NCBI GenBank assembly: GCA_964450065.1 | Contig: CAYVGR010000001.1 | Coordinates: 1-54,483, forward strand | DNA: 54,483 nucleotides | DNA from: an uncultured Prevotella sp. | GTDB lineage: Bacteria > Bacteroidota > Bacteroidia > Bacteroidales > Bacteroidaceae | Direction: 5' to 3' | Shown here: piece by piece, positions 1 to 10,517 of the stretch | How the letters are laid out: each line of letters begins with the position of its first letter | Numbering within the stretch: the stretch's first letter is position 1 | Program-made: the position numbers and the translations under genes | The notes under the pieces: generated by a model | Databases searched by the model: none | What the model was told of the DNA's origin: nothing | What the model saw: the letters and a program-made list of their open reading frames with translations, nothing else

Positions 1-54
1 TCTAATAGCGAACGACTTAGTATCGGTTCAAGCATTAGACAATAGAATAGGTAT
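1..54 (+). CDS. Major capsid protein (gp23-like), end of exon 1 (5' part outside window)
   Basis: Frame from nt 2 reads LIANDLVSVQALDNRIG, resembling the gp23-family 'LIAxxLVSVQPMxxxxG' motif; ends ...GGT AT| at a U.G splice site. Confidence 0.85.
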
Positions 55-1106
55 AAAAAATTGTACCGCTTATTAGAAATAATAAGGCAATAACTTCGTG
101 AATTCAGGGAAACTCTCAGAATATTATAGTAACTGAGACAATCCTGAGCTATAAAGGGAAAAATATATGAAAGAGAATATAGATTACGTAAAATGTCCAA
201 TATGTGGAAAAGAATATAAATTATTATCAACTCATTTAAAAGCGCATAATTTAACAGTAACTGAATTTAAGATAAAGTATCCAAAACAGTTACTTATAAG
301 TGAAAAAGAAAAAAAACTTAGATCAGATAAATTCAAGATTAAGAATAAAGATAAATCATTTAGAGCTAAGAATTTAAAAGGAATAAGAAGCAGCAGTAAG
401 CATAAAGAAGCAGCAGGAAATACTCTTAGAAAGTTAAATAAGAATATGCCAATAGAAATGAGAAATAAACAAATAGAATCAGTTATAAGATCCAATAAAA
501 GCAAGGCGAGAAGAGAACTAGCTAGAGATAATGGATTGAGAAGATTCAAGGAAGATCCAGAAAAGTTCTTAAATAATATGAATAGCGGAGGAATCAGCAA
601 AAGAGAAACATATGTATTTAAGAATGGGGAAGCAAAGAAACTTAGATCAAATCTAGAAACTAGAATTATAACAGAATTAGATAAAAGACAAATAATATTC
701 ACATATGAAACATTACGTATACCTTATATATTTAAAGATATAGAAAGGACATATATTCCAGATATATACATAGAGCCAAATATAATAATAGAAATAAAAC
801 CAAAAAATCTTAGAGAGAGTAAGCAGGTTCAAGCAAAAAGAGAAGCTGCAGAAAAAGCAGGGTATAGATATTATTATGTAGGAGCATTATGGGAATTAGA
901 TAAAATACCTTTGTAGTGCAACGACTATCGAAATCAGAATTAATTTAGGAATAAATTAAGGGTAAGAGAGTAGAGTAGGACTCAAGCGAGTTCGAAGCGC
1001 GGAGCATCTTCATTAACTAGAACAGTTATTAAGATGATGAGATAGTCTGAACTTTACGGTGACGTAAAGAGAATAATCAACAAGCGGATTATTCGTAACA
1101 TAATTG
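55..1106 (+). mobile_element. Group I self-splicing intron in the major capsid gene
   Basis: P1: exon GGUAU(50-54) pairs with GUACC(63-67) with U54.G63 wobble; P-like AATTCAGGGAAAC (~101), Q-like AATCCTGAGC (~140), R-like GTGCAACGACTA (~916), S-like GAGATAGTCT (~1039); terminal G1106; splicing restores the frame (G-M-V-N-Y). Confidence 0.9.
167..916 (+). CDS. Intron-encoded putative homing endonuclease (N-terminal CxxC..HxxxH Zn finger, C-terminal PD-(D/E)XK nuclease)
   Basis: CPICG..HLKAH; RSNLE..FTYE..IPY..YIPDIY..IIEIKP (TnsA-N/T7 endo I-like); lies between the Q and R elements. Confidence 0.8.
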   Translation: MKENIDYVKCPICGKEYKLLSTHLKAHNLTVTEFKIKYPKQLLISEKEKKLRSDKFKIKNKDKSFRAKNLKGIRSSSKHKEAAGNTLRKLNKNMPIEMRNKQIESVIRSNKSKARRELARDNGLRRFKEDPEKFLNNMNSGGISKRETYVFKNGEAKKLRSNLETRIITELDKRQIIFTYETLRIPYIFKDIERTYIPDIYIEPNIIIEIKPKNLRESKQVQAKREAAEKAGYRYYYVGALWELDKIPL

Positions 1107-2187
1107 GGTAAACTATATAGAATACATCTATGGAAATACTAAAGGTTCAACTCAAGGTGGAACAACATTCGCATCTACACTAAACTTACATGCAGTAGAT
1201 AAAGACTTCACATCAAGATTAGTTAAGAGTGAAGCACACGTAGCAAGCGGAGCTATAACAAAAGTAACATTAGACTGGAAACCAGTTTTACCTAATACTT
1301 TAAAATTAACTAAAACAACAGGCGGCGTAGTTACATTATTTGAAGAAAGAAATGGAATGTTATTCAACTTAACTACAGACTTAGCAGTAGCTAACTCCAT
1401 AGTTGACTTTGGAACAGGTGAAGTTACTTTTGGAGACTTGCAAATAGTTGCAAGCGATATTTTAGATTTCTCATATCAGTACAATAACGAATTTATTGCA
1501 CCGCATGATATACCAGAAATACAATTAAAACTAACATCAATTCCATTAGAAGCTAAAGCAAGAAGATTAAAAGCTTACTTCGCATTTGAAGCAAACTACG
1601 AGCTACAAAAAGAATATGGACAAGATGCACAACAATTACTAAACGCAACAGCAGCTGGTGAAATAATGAGAGAAATAGACGCTGAAATATGCTTTGACTT
1701 ATATAACGGCGCAGCAGCAGGTCCTGAATTAGTGTTCTCAAGAACATTACCAGTAGGGGTATCATTAATTGATCACTATGACTCATTCGCAGTTAAACTA
1801 GAAGAAGGATCAGCTCAAATTAACCAAGCAACAAGAAAAGTATCAGCTAACTTCGCAATATTAGGAACACAAGCAGCAGTAATTGCAAGATCAGTAAGAT
1901 CATTTGTACCAAGCGGCGTTAAAGCAGCTATAGGACCATACTTCTTAGGTACAATAGGAAATATAAGATTATACGTACAACCAGAATTCGATGTAGACGC
2001 ATTTGTATTAGGTTACAAAGGTGATAGCTTATTCGACGCAGGATATGTATACGCACCATATATGCCAATTATGACAACAGATATGGTTCAACTAGAAGAC
2101 ATGGGTGGAAGAAAAGGTTGGGCAACAATGTATGCAACAGCACTTCTAAACAACAGAATGTATGCTAGAGGAAGAGTTACAGCTTAG
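1107..2187 (+). CDS. Major capsid protein (gp23-like), exon 2
   Basis: Open from 1108 (VNYIEYIYG); AKARRLKA, EIMREIDAEI, GYKG..FDAGYVYAPYMP are gp23-family hallmarks; the track's start at 1357 is internal. Confidence 0.93.
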
Positions 2188-2209
2188 TAAGTAATCAGGT
2201 ATATACTAT

Positions 2210-3835
2210 ATGATGAAATATAGTTATGATGAAATATACGAGTTGTATATAAACCAAAATTTAACAGTTCGAGAAACCGAACAGAAGCTGAATATAGGAA
2301 AAGGGTCATTAGCATCATATTTAAGAAAGTATGATATTAAGAAACCCTCTTCCTTGATAGCTTTAAATAGACAAAAATCAGTTAGACAGAAGTACGGTGT
2401 AGATAATGTCTTTAAATTAGATACCGTACAAGATAAAATTAAAGCAACAACTTTAGAAAAATATGGAACGGAACATGCGATGCAATCCGAAGAAGTAAAA
2501 TCTAAACATAAAGAAATAATTCAACAAAGATATGGCGTAGATAACGTATTTAAATTACAATCTATCAGAGATAAAGCAAAAGAAACAATGCTAGATAAAT
2601 ATGCAGTAGAACATTCGATGCAATCTGATATATTACGCAGTAAAGTATTTAAAACAAATAAATCAAGATATGGGAATAAATCTTATTTAGGCTCGAAAGA
2701 AAATAGAGAACTATTAAAGACTAGAACAATTAGAGATAAAATAGAGCGCACAAATAAGAAAAGATATGGACATAAACATTATTTTAAAACTAAGCATTAT
2801 AAAGATATATTAACTAAAAGACATGGAACTTATAAGATCGGAAGATTAAAAATAGATGCAGAGATTAGAGATATCATCCATAACAAAGATAACTTAATCA
2901 AATGGATAAATGAGCAAGAGTTTAAAACTGTTAATTATTTAGCTAATAAATTAAGTTATGATAGAAATGCTTTATTAAATAAATGCAAAGAGTATAATAT
3001 TGAATATTTATTAGATTTTACAAAATCAACAGCGGAACAAGAGATCCGAGAGTATATAGAAAGTAAGGGCTTTAAAACAATATCAACAAGAACTATATTA
3101 GATGGAAAAGAGATAGACATATATATTCCAGACCTTAAATTAGGAATAGAATATAATGGAACTTATTGGCATCAAGTAGATTTTGTAGGTAAGAAGTACC
3201 ATCAAGAAAAATCGATACTTGCAGAAGAAAAAGGGATACAATTATACCATATATTTGAGTATGATTGAACAAATAGTGATAAGAAAGAAAGGATATTAAA
3301 TCAATTAAATAATTTATTGCATATAAATGATAGAAGAATATACGCAAGGCAATGTCAAGTAAAAGAGATAGGGTCAGAAGTATATGAGTTCTTAGATAAT
3401 AATCATATGCAAGGAAGAGATAGGTCAAGCGTAAAACTAGGTCTATATTATAAAGAAGAATTAGTATCAGTGATGACTTTCACTAAACCACGTTTCAATA
3501 AGAAATATGAATGGGAATTAAGTAGATTTGCAACAAAATCAAATATGAATGTTATAGGTGGAGCAAGTAAGCTATTTAAATATTTCATAAGACATAATAA
3601 AGGAAGTATAATAAGTTATTCAGATATAGCTAGAACTTCTGGAAAAGTATATGAAATATTAGGCTTTAAACAAACGCATATAACAACTCCTAATTATGTA
3701 TGGGTAAAGAACTCAGAAGTATTAAGTAGGTATCAAACACAGATGAGACAAGAAAAAGAAACAATGAGCGATAGAGGTTATATCCAAATATTCGATGCAG
3801 GAAATAAAGCATGAGAATATAGAACAGGAGAATAA
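2210..3835 (+). CDS. Free-standing Hef-like/Vsr-type putative homing endonuclease (code 4)
   Basis: YGVDNVF repeats, DIYIPDLKLGIEYNGTYWH, HIFEYD[W=TGA], ARQCQVKEI..FLDNNHMQG..WELSRFA..GGASKLF; joins two track ORFs across TGA 3266 and 3812. Confidence 0.8.
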
Positions 3836-3838
3836 AAC

Positions 3839-4063
3839 ATGGCACAAATTAATGTATCAGCAGTACCAGCAATAGTAACAATTAAAAACGAGTCAACAGA
3901 AACAAGATCAGTTCAGTTATACAGAGTAAACACTCAAGTAGCTATACCAGCAGGAGATGAATTAGTCTTACAAGTAAATAGCTCAAACGAGTTATTATTC
4001 TGGGTAGCAAAAGGAACAGAACATTTAACAGTTACTTTTGAAGCTGTTGAAGAAACAGAGTAG
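3839..4063 (+). CDS. Small beta-rich virion protein, possible head decoration protein
   Basis: AGGAG RBS; position after capsid gene; similar to the N-terminus of the next ORF. Confidence 0.5.
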   Translation: MAQINVSAVPAIVTIKNESTETRSVQLYRVNTQVAIPAGDELVLQVNSSNELLFWVAKGTEHLTVTFEAVEETE

Positions 4064-4107
4064 TCTATTATAAATAGGAAGCTATAGAGCAAAAATTTTA
4101 AACAAGT

Positions 4108-4200
4108 TATCAATAGCAGCAAGTTAAAATTCCTACCCTCCCTATGGTCTTGCTGCTTTGATATTAAATAAAGGGTAGGTAAAAACAGAATACAAGGGAG
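4108..4200 (+). ncRNA. Putative pseudoknotted cis-regulatory RNA
   Basis: Stem 4108-4123/4149-4163; loop CCTACCCT(4132-4139) complementary to AGGGTAGG(4172-4179); CTCCCT(4138-4143) complementary to RBS AGGGAG(4195-4200). Confidence 0.55.
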
Positions 4201-4211
4201 AACATTATAGA

Positions 4212-4637
4212 ATGTTAGCAGTAATAAAAGCATTAAAAGAAAATAAAATACAGATACATACAGGTGAAGAAGTACAGCTTGGAGTAAAAGATCAATTAAT
4301 AATAGGAATAGATTCATACTTAACACATTTCTATCTACAGAAACAATCTGACTCAATTCAAGTATCTTTTGAACCTGTTTTTTATCTAAACAAGTTACAA
4401 GATAAAAAAGTAACAACACAATCGGTTAAAGAAGTATTAACAGAAGAGGTTAAAACAGAAGAACCTAAAGAAGATACTATAGAGTTAGAGCAAGAAACTC
4501 AGAATATCGAAGAAAAAGAAGAGCAGAAAGCAGAAAAAGTAGAAAAACCACAACCGAAAAAAATAGAACCAAAAGAAAAACAAGAGAAGACAGAACCAAA
4601 AGAAAAACAGGAAAAAACAGATAGCAAGAAAGAGTAG
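4212..4637 (+). CDS. Paralog of 3839-4063 with a Glu/Lys-rich tail
   Basis: D-x-L..S..V-x-F-E pattern shared with upstream ORF; low-complexity C-terminus. Confidence 0.55.
   Translation: MLAVIKALKENKIQIHTGEEVQLGVKDQLIIGIDSYLTHFYLQKQSDSIQVSFEPVFYLNKLQDKKVTTQSVKEVLTEEVKTEEPKEDTIELEQETQNIEEKEEQKAEKVEKPQPKKIEPKEKQEKTEPKEKQEKTDSKKE
4566..4619 (+). repeat. 27-bp tandem duplication (EPKEKQEKT x2)
   Basis: gaaccaaaagaaaaacaagagaagaca / gaaccaaaagaaaaacaggaaaaaaca. Confidence 0.9.
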
Positions 4638-4661
4638 AAGTACACATCAGGTAGGTGAAGA

Positions 4662-5342
4662 ATGCGTATAGAAGAGTACAAAGAAGAGATATTATCTAAA
4701 CTTGGTGGAGATGTAGTAGAAGTTGAACTTGAAGAGGTAGGCGGTATCGAGAAACAGATTAATGCTGCTTTAAGAGAAACAGGTAGATATATAAATTTAG
4801 TACGATACGCAACATTACCTTATCACAAAGTAATAGATTTAAGCGATGTGGGTGTATCAGCAGTAACTTCCGTGATGCGAACTCAGGAACAAAACACAAC
4901 TACAGGAAATTTAGATCCAATCTATTTAGCAGCTACTTCATACAAAGGTGGATATAGAGATATGTCTGACTATAGATCGTATTTAAGAATGAGACAAATA
5001 AGAAATACATTACAAACAGATCTACAGTATGTATGGGATGCGAACACTAAAAAATTATATATAAATGCTGTTTTTCCACAACCTACGATGATAACTATAG
5101 GATATGTACCGCACTTCACGGACGTATCAGAAATATCAGATCCATACTGGACTGATATTATAATGAGATTATCATTAGCATTAACTAAAGAGGCATTAGG
5201 AAGAATAAGAGGTAAATATAAACTAAATAATGCATTATATGATATAGATTCAGATCAATTATTACAAGAAGCACAGCAAGAATTAACAACTTTAAGAGAG
5301 TACTTGCAACGAAACGCTAATCTTGTATTACCGATAGATTAA
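4662..5342 (+). CDS. Neck/head-tail adaptor protein (T4 gp13-like)
   Basis: ILSKLGG..VEVEL..QI..AL start and LALTKEALGRIRGKY..QLLQEAQQEL end resemble gp13-like proteins; synteny. Confidence 0.7.
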   Translation: MRIEEYKEEILSKLGGDVVEVELEEVGGIEKQINAALRETGRYINLVRYATLPYHKVIDLSDVGVSAVTSVMRTQEQNTTTGNLDPIYLAATSYKGGYRDMSDYRSYLRMRQIRNTLQTDLQYVWDANTKKLYINAVFPQPTMITIGYVPHFTDVSEISDPYWTDIIMRLSLALTKEALGRIRGKYKLNNALYDIDSDQLLQEAQQELTTLREYLQRNANLVLPID

Positions 5343-5361
5343 AATAGAGGAGAAATTAATT

Positions 5362-7041
5362 ATGCACAAACCACAAGACAATAATAGTCTAATGAACTTT
5401 TTGAAAGAGTCTAGAGCTCTTAAAGAAGCAGAATACGAAGTAGTGGACGATGAATTGGTGACTATAACAGAGCCTGTAGAGGATGGAGAAGAGTTAGAAG
5501 CTCACCCAGGTGAAGAAATAGAGCCAATTATAGATCCCGAATTAGGATTAGACAGCGATATAGATGAAGAAGAAGTTAAAAATAAATCATATATAGGAAA
5601 GAAAGTATCAGTATGTGAGGTATGCGGCACAGTGTTCTTCGCAGATACAGATAACGTGGAAGAACTAGAATGTCCAGTATGCTACACTTCAGGGGATGAT
5701 CTAACAATAGTTGGAGTTGTTAAACCAGCAGATGAAGAAACAGATGAAGACGAAGAAGAAATGACAGATGATGACTTCGGACCTGACATAGATGAATTAG
5801 ACTCACCTGAAATAACAGATACAGAAGACATAGACGTAGAACTAGAAGATGAACTATTAGAAGAAAATAAAAAAAGAAGAGTAAGCGGTAGAAGAAATAG
5901 AAGATTATCAGAAATGTCTAACATGGAAAAACTAAAGAGAGCTTATCCAGAGTTAAATATCTCAAATCTACCAGAAGGGCGTAAAAAAAAAGTAAAAAAT
6001 AGAAAAATGCTTGAGCAGAGACAGTATAGAGAATATACATATCCATATCAAGTAGAATCACATGATTACTGAGAAGACGAACCAGATAATGTTATATGGG
6101 ATGATCCTACGCATGCAGATGACAACTATTATGGTTGGAAATTAATAACAAGCGAGGCATTAGTTACTCAAAATTATGATGAAGATGCAGGCAAGTATTA
6201 TGAGGTAAGTTGAGCAGGCGCAGATGATTATTATGAAGTAAGTACTTTAAAAGAAGCTAAAGAGTTAGTGAGAAAGTATTATGAGGCCTATGAAGATCTA
6301 TATAGAAATTTTAAATGGATAAAAGCAACACCATCTTTAACTACTGAAAGCAATAAAAGAAGAGTAAGCGGTAGAAAAAATATTTTAGAATCAGATGAAA
6401 ATGAAGAATTAGATTGGCATTGAGATTGAGAAGAACATCCGTTACAAGACTTACATAATGAAGCTATGGACAGATTAGATATATGACCAGAGCCTTCTAT
6501 ACAAGGAGATCAGGGAGGAATGGCTTATTATACAAATAAAGGAGATGATACCTTTGCTTGATTTGATTATCAAGATGAAGTCCAATTTATGAACGATCTA
6601 ACAGATTCATATACAGATATAGAAAGTAATAGAGAAGAAATAATTCAAGAGATAATCCAGTTTATAGTAAGCAAAAAAGATGATCTATATGAAAGTAGAA
6701 TTAACCGAAAAAGAAGAGTAAGAGGCAGAAGAAATGGTAGATCATCAGAAATGTCTAACATGGAAAAACTACAGAGAGCTTATCCAGATTATGATCTTCT
6801 AAACAAAGTACATGAAAACCAAGAATCGGATCAAGGTAGAATCGATACAGCACAACTATCTAAAGAAGCTAAGAAAGTTATTGAAGATTCAATATGAGAC
6901 TCATATGAATATGGGACAGGACCACATGAGGACGATATTTATTACATATTAGACGAATTAGATGAGCTAGGAATACCTTACAAAGTTGATCAAGTTAAGA
7001 AATATTGGCAAGAGTTCTACGATAGTAATGAATATAGATAA
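5362..7041 (+). CDS. 559-aa acidic modular protein with Zn ribbon and repeated basic linkers (code 4); possible processed internal head protein
   Basis: Open through 7 TGA codons to TAA 7039; CEVCG..CPVC; three KRRV(S/R)GR linkers. Confidence 0.7.
5869..6789 (+). repeat. Dispersed ~80-bp intragenic direct repeats (copies ~5869-5950 and ~6708-6789, partial copy ~6353-6380)
   Basis: aaaaagaagagtaag..gg.agaagaaat...agat.atcagaaatgtctaacatggaaaaacta.agagagcttatccaga. Confidence 0.9.
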
Positions 7042-7065
7042 TAGTTTAGGAGGATCACAACTGCA

Positions 7066-7524
7066 ATGAAAAGAACATATAGACAAATCCGATTAGATAG
7101 GATTAAGAGACTAAAAGAGCAAAAAGAGAGGAGCCTAGACTTGGAGATAAATGAAAAACTACTAGATATAATGATAAGTAAATTCTTGCATGAGAATTAT
7201 AAAAATGTTAAAAGATTTAAACTGGACTCATGTACATTAACAAGAGAATCTAAACTAAAACTAGAAGGTACTATTAAATTCAAATCAGGTAATTCTAGAG
7301 TAATAAGTTTCTTAACAGATTCGGTAGATCTTAAAAATAAAAAAATTGAAGTGAGAGCGATATCGGAAGCATTTACAAACTCCAAAGCGTTTAAGTTCAC
7401 ATTTAGAATAAAAGAAAATATGATAAGACCAGAAAAGATGGTATATTACTACACTACAAGATATAAAGGAACACCTTATCAGGTAGAGGGATCAGTATAT
7501 GCTGATAGAAAGCCAATTAGATAG
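7066..7524 (+). CDS. Hypothetical protein (head module)
   Basis: AGGAGG RBS, clean ORF. Confidence 0.6.
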   Translation: MKRTYRQIRLDRIKRLKEQKERSLDLEINEKLLDIMISKFLHENYKNVKRFKLDSCTLTRESKLKLEGTIKFKSGNSRVISFLTDSVDLKNKKIEVRAISEAFTNSKAFKFTFRIKENMIRPEKMVYYYTTRYKGTPYQVEGSVYADRKPIR

Positions 7525-7549
7525 AAATAATTAAAAGAGGGGGATACTA

Positions 7550-8269
7550 ATGCATAATATATTATTAGAGTTGAAAAGAAATGAGTTAGTATCTCAATCT
7601 AGATCTAATATAAGATTTAAAAAGAGATTAAAATCTAGGATACCATCTAATAGTAGAACATATAATAGATTAGATATGAACAAATTGTTCAAAGAAGATA
7701 TTCTAGAAGTATATGTAGAAGTAATAGGTGAAACAGATACATATGAAGTAGGGATATCTTTCAGCGGCGTTATAGGGGAACTGAAAAGAGAAGCTAAAAA
7801 GCAGGGAAAACTAGATCTAAGAACAGTAATAAGAGCAGTAATAAGAGCATTTAGCTCAGAGGATATATATACTAAATGTTCATGCCCTGATTTTAAATAT
7901 AGGTTTGCATATTGATCTACAATAGATAAATATATCCTAGGGGATCCTGAAATGAGGCCCGCGGAGATAACAAACCCAGAAGGTAATTTAGGCTCTACAT
8001 GTAAGCATGGATTATTAGTATTGAATAACCAGGTATGGGTATTGAAAGTGGGGTCAGTAATAAATAATTATATAAGATATATGAGATTAAGAAATAGAGA
8101 TCTATATGATAAGATAATACAACCAGCTTTATTCGATGATGAGCAGGATGATATAGAAAGTATAATTGGTATAGAAGATAGACAAATCAGCATGGATATA
8201 GAAGAACCAGAAGCTGAACCAGAAGAAGAAGACATTGAAGAGGAAGATATAGAAGATGATACAATCTAA
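7550..8269 (+). CDS. SWIM-type Zn-finger protein (code 4)
   Basis: CSCPDF..Y[W=TGA]..CKH; the metal-ligand set spans TGA 7913. Confidence 0.75.
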
Positions 8270-8756
8270 TAATCCTATACTTCAGTTAGAATATTCTAAT
8301 ATGTACGATAAGTATCAAATATCAATTATAAAAAAAGCATATGAAGAAAAATTAGATTATACTAAATTACTTAACCCATTATATGATCTAGCACAAATGA
8401 ATGAGATATATCTAGGATTAAAGAAAAAACTAAAAGTATACAAATATGCAAATATAGACTTAAACTTCAAGCAAATGGAACAGATAAGAAAAGGCTTGGA
8501 AAAAAATAATGATATACTAAAATATATTACTACGAAACAAGACGCAAGAGAAATGCAACAAGTTAGACTGGCTATGGAACAGGGAATAGATCCAAAAAAT
8601 CTAAGAATAATAGCTAACCCAAAATACAATTTTAGACAAATGCAAGAAATTAGGAAAGGTATAGAAATGGGAATAGATATAACAACATACTTAGATCCTA
8701 AACTAACATATCAGCAAATGCAGAGAATACGTATAGATAAATCAAGACACATATAA
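8256..8756 (+). CDS. Helical repeat protein (QMxxIRxG(L/I)ExxxD repeats)
   Basis: About five ~25-aa repeats visible. Confidence 0.65.
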   Translation: MIQSNNPILQLEYSNMYDKYQISIIKKAYEEKLDYTKLLNPLYDLAQMNEIYLGLKKKLKVYKYANIDLNFKQMEQIRKGLEKNNDILKYITTKQDAREMQQVRLAMEQGIDPKNLRIIANPKYNFRQMQEIRKGIEMGIDITTYLDPKLTYQQMQRIRIDKSRHI

Positions 8757-8771
8757 AAATAGGAGAGTTTA

Positions 8772-9260
8772 ATGGGGTTATTAATAAGAGGAAAAGATAA
8801 TTTACATAAAAAATTCTTCAAAGAGATGGCAAAACTACTAGGTATAGAGGTCAAATATAGATATTTTATAGATAATTCAAAACATTATACTATACATGCA
8901 GAACAGCGAGGTAAATTATCCGAACCGGTGGATATAGACATAATATTTCAAGAATATCCAGATCAAAAAACATTAAGGCAACATGGATGATTCTCTGAGA
9001 ATCCGGACGATAAAGCATATGTAGCTCAAGTACCTTCAGATTTAATAGGATTACAAAGAGGATGTTATATAGACATACCATATGGAGCAAAGAAGGATAC
9101 CTATAGAACTTTTAGAATAACAGATATATCTTCTATAATAGTTCACCCAGAAAGCTATTATGTTCGATTAGCGCCAGAGTTTGATACTATAGTACATGAA
9201 GTAGATCACAATTATAGTGATACATCGTTTAACTTTATAGATTTCACAGAAGAGGATTAA
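8772..9260 (+). CDS. Head closure/neck protein (gp14-like, tentative) (code 4)
   Basis: FFKEMAKLLGIEVKY start; open across TGA 8988 to TAA 9258; synteny. Confidence 0.5.
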
Positions 9261-9261
9261 A

Positions 9262-10086
9262 ATGACTGAGAACATATTTCACAAATTAGCTAAGAAAATA
9301 AAAACAGATACAAGTACTTTAGATCAACGCAGATCCCAAAGAAAAGATCAAAGAAACATAAATAGCATGTTACAAGATTTAAAAGAACATGGGTATGATG
9401 ACAACGCATTAAAGATAATAAGAGCTTATTTACATTTAGCAAGGACTACAAGTGGTGCAAAAGGCGCTGCGTGAGTAGGGCCTGAAACAAACTCATTATA
9501 CCAAACACTGATAAATAATAAAATATACAATAATAGTGAATTAGCGTTCATAAGTAAGGCATCGACTTCTAATAGAATAGATTTTAAAGATCTACAACTA
9601 CTATCAGGACTAGAAAATGAACAGCAAATGAGGTACGTATATTATGCGATAATTAAAAGAATACCTATAGATATACTATATGATAATGATGAGCCATTAT
9701 CTGAAGAAGATATGATAAAAGCCATTGAGGATCACGTATCTAAAAATAAAACCAATATATCAGGCAGACCTGAGAATGTAAAGATTCTAAGAAAAGCACA
9801 GCAGCAAGGATATAAGATACAGGGAATAAAAGATTTAGTAGATGATATAAGTTCAGAAGCTTTAGCTGATGTATTATACAGTCAAGCAATTGGATTAGGA
9901 ACAGATAATACAGATACTTTAATTCAATTAATAAGGCAAAATATATCAGATAGAAGCGTAAGAGATAAAAGAAAGGAATTTGAAGAAGAAAAATATAAAC
10001 AATCAACAGATACACCGGATCTAGAAACACTTTTAAATACGAGCATAAACGATATAGAAGAAGAATCAAAAAGAAATAGAGAGTAA
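9262..10086 (+). CDS. Hypothetical protein (code 4)
   Basis: Two track ORFs join in frame across TGA 9472. Confidence 0.65.
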
Positions 10087-10088
10087 TC

Positions 10089-10517
10089 ATGCTAATAAGA
10101 ATATATTTGAAAGATGATTATAACAAAGAAGATTTTGTAAAATTCGTAATATATAGAATAAAAAAAAGAATTATAGACAACTTTAAAAAGTTAAATTATG
10201 ATGTAATTATAAAAAAAATAAACGATAGTAATTTATTAAAACTTGAAGATAAGAGAGAAATAAGTGCAGTAGATATATTTAATCAAGCTTTAAAAAATAT
10301 AATTTATAAACAAGTAGATGCACATAACTGATTGATAGAGATAGATCCAAATAAAATGTATAGAGATACTCATATAAAACTAATTAATATAATTAAATTA
10401 TTTGAGTATGGAACAAGTACTTTTAAACCAGTATTATTGATAAGGGAATCATTTAAGTATAACGAAGAGAGAATACACTTAATATATAAAATGTATCAAA
10501 GCATAATAGGAGAGTAA
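10089..10517 (+). CDS. Putative tail completion protein (code 4)
   Basis: Joined across TGA 10329; 'LFEYGT..KP..LIRES' resembles HK97 gp10/P2 gpS-type motif. Confidence 0.5.

Noticed and set aside
5869-6789. CRISPR array or DGR template/variable repeat pair
   Set aside because: Only 2-3 irregularly spaced copies, all in frame within one CDS; no cas or reverse transcriptase in the window
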